From the NCBI GenBank assembly GCA_035254085.1, contig DATFAY010000303.1, forward strand, positions 1 through 48,537: a stretch of DNA of 48,537 nt, written 5' to 3'. The notes under the pieces are model-generated. The model was not told the DNA's origin. It did no database searches and was given only the letters and a program-made list of their open reading frames with translations. The stretch is from Piscinibacter sp. (GTDB lineage: Bacteria > Pseudomonadota > Gammaproteobacteria > Burkholderiales > Burkholderiaceae_C). Below are positions 46,859-48,537 of the stretch, piece after piece (position 1 is the stretch's first letter; every line of letters begins with the position of its first letter). The position numbers and the translations under genes are program-made.

Positions 46859-48537
46859 TCATCGGCGTGGCGCTGGAGCGACGGCCCGATGGCCAAGTTC
46901 GGCGAGGCGCAGCAGGCCTCCGCGCCTTGTGCCGTTCGGCAAGAGCTTCGCGCCCATGAGGTCCAGCCCAGAGAGCTGGTCCGACAGCGCGGTGGAAGTC
47001 GTACCCATCGCCCGAGCCAGGTCAGCCACAGGGATGTACGTTTGTCGGAACCGGAGCAAATGCTCGGGCGCCACGACCCGGCAAGGCTGACCGCGCAAGA
47101 CGATGCTTCCTGCCTCGAGCAAGCCGAGCTCAATCCAATGGCTGATGCTCTCCCACTTCCACCCTGTGGCGGTCGACAGCTGGTGAATGGACATGCCGGC
47201 TTCGAGCAGCGGCGTGCCGAAGTAGCGTTGCACGTCGTCGCGCAGAAATTGAACGCCTCCGAGATGCCGCGCGCGCTTGACCGCAACGAGGCTACCTGCC
47301 GCAGCTGCCCGCATCGCCTCCTGAATGGCACCAGCATCGCCCATGCGGCGGCTGGTCAGTTCAGCCCAAGAAACGACTCTTTGACCGGCACTCGACTGCT
47401 GGCGCGCGCTTGCGTTCACGCGTTCCAGAAGCTCGACCAACGATGCCCGCAGAATCGGACCGCCCTTGAACACATCTCGGCGCCAGTTCCTATCGGTCAC
47501 CATGACGCCGGCGGCGGACATGTGGCGCAAGACAGAGGCCGGCACCTCTGCAAGCAACGCCGCCTCCTCTTCGCCCGTCCACTCCTGACGGCGCGCACGT
47601 ACCCTCTCGACCTCGGCCTCGGGCATCTCGTAGACCAAACCCCGCGTCCCGAAGCGGCTGGTCCTATGTGCCACCAGCCCCGACTGGGCTGCTTTCAACA
47701 GAGTCTCTCGACCCACTCCGAGGTCCTTGGCCGCCTGCGCGACACGCTGGTATCCCGTCAGCTCCATCACGACGTTTCCAGCCGCGTCGAGACCCAAGGC
47801 TCCATGGAAGTCCTTTGCTGCCACCCGCACGACCGCCTCGAGGAACGGGCGCAGCCCTCCGGTTGCGCACGCTCGTTTGAGGTGTGAGTACCACGCTCCA
47901 AGCAGGCTGCTCAAGGTGCGAGCATCCGCGCGGCCAGCTGCAATGCGCTTCGTCACGTGGCTCTCGAACGCCGTCGGCCAATTGCTGAGCACGTGCTCCA
48001 ACGGACGAAGCAGCTCCAGAGCTTCCGCGACCGACTTCGGACTCGCGGCGTTCCGGCGAGGGGGCGGAGCCTCGGGGTTCGCGAAGAGGCACAACGTGCG
48101 GACCACGAGGAAGAGTTTGTCCAGGTCGACGGCCTGTAGAACAGGACCCTCCCCATCCGAAGCTCGACCATCGCTTTCGACCAAAGCCGCGAGCCAACGC
48201 TGTGAGCCCGTGCATGGTGGTGCTGCAAGCGCCGTCAGGTCGCGGCCGCAATCACATTGGTCGACTCGCCGACGGTCCTGCGACAGATGCTCGCCGCAGG
48301 CATCGCAGCGGTCCAGCAGCGTGACTGCATGCCTCGCGCAGGCGGTGACGAACGCGTGCTCCCACTGTCGGCGTATGTAGGGCTCCTCGAGCAGGCAGGC
48401 CGGACAGATGGCATCCGCACGACTCCTGCGCAGGCCACGCCACTTGCGGCACGACTGCTCGAGCACGAGCGCTCGTTGCGTCCACGTACGCTCCAGGCCA
48501 AGCATCCCGGCCACATGGTCCGGACTGTTGACGAGCG
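46859..48537 (-). CDS. tniQ: TniQ/TnsD-like target-selector protein (5' partial)
   Basis: ICPACL...YIRRQW...VTACARH...LLDRCDACG...CDCGRDL zinc-binding pattern; frame open to the window edge; C-terminal HTH-like repeats. Confidence 0.85.
   Translation of the reverse strand, partial: LVNSPDHVAGMLGLERTWTQRALVLEQSCRKWRGLRRSRADAICPACLLEEPYIRRQWEHAFVTACARHAVTLLDRCDACGEHLSQDRRRVDQCDCGRDLTALAAPPCTGSQRWLAALVESDGRASDGEGPVLQAVDLDKLFLVVRTLCLFANPEAPPPRRNAASPKSVAEALELLRPLEHVLSNWPTAFESHVTKRIAAGRADARTLSSLLGAWYSHLKRACATGGLRPFLEAVVRVAAKDFHGALGLDAAGNVVMELTGYQRVAQAAKDLGVGRETLLKAAQSGLVAHRTSRFGTRGLVYEMPEAEVERVRARRQEWTGEEEAALLAEVPASVLRHMSAAGVMVTDRNWRRDVFKGGPILRASLVELLERVNASARQQSSAGQRVVSWAELTSRRMGDAGAIQEAMRAAAAGSLVAVKRARHLGGVQFLRDDVQRYFGTPLLEAGMSIHQLSTATGWKWESISHWIELGLLEAGSIVLRGQPCRVVAPEHLLRFRQTYIPVADLARAMGTTSTALSDQLSGLDLMGAKLLPNGTRRGGLLRLAELGHRAVAPAPRR

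Larger units (their letters stand above)
44060..48537. mobile_element. Probable Tn7/Tn5053-like (TniQ-encoding) element, continuing beyond the window
   Basis: tniQ-like gene, visibly weaker GC3 bias than the upstream genes, accessory-type cargo. Left boundary uncertain (about 43.8-44.1 kb). Confidence 0.55.

Overview
High-GC betaproteobacterial-looking DNA (Burkholderiales-like; this is an inference) in four blocks. (1) 1-13.1 kb: a beta-glucan/oligosaccharide utilisation locus with two convergent ABC-transporter operons, GH30, GH16, GH1, an EEP-family lipoprotein and a tryptophan-halogenase-family enzyme. (2) 14.0-24.7 kb and 36.5-44.0 kb: a divergent VirB/VirD4-type type IV secretion system (T4SS) split into three operons: virB3-B2-B4-'B5'-B6x3; CHAP amidase, PilL-like protein, small lipoprotein and sigma factor; virB8-B9-B10-orf-B11-D4. 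No relaxase or integrase is visible in the window. Each operon is preceded by the same module: GTGCG-N6-(C/T)GCAC enhancer, IHF site, sigma-54 -24/-12 box. An orphan DctD-like sigma-54 activator sits inside the cluster. (3) 24.7-36.5 kb: that activator plus four single-gene cassettes (two apparently catalytically dead histidine-phosphatase homologues, a DMT/EamA-like transporter, an ATP-grasp enzyme). All five share a TTGnnn-N16-TA(C/T)RMY promoter motif that may be read by the cluster's atypical sigma factor, which would close a positive-feedback loop. An RpiR-aapJQMP-iaaA operon follows. (4) 44.0-48.5 kb: a less GC-biased segment with tniQ (partial), an HTH/nucleotidyltransferase pair, kptA and small ORFs, probably the end of a Tn7/Tn5053-like element. 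The best candidate for an undescribed system is the self-regulated, sigma-54/alternative-sigma cascade-controlled T4SS with its pseudo-enzyme cargo. All calls come from reading motifs by eye; no database searches were run.
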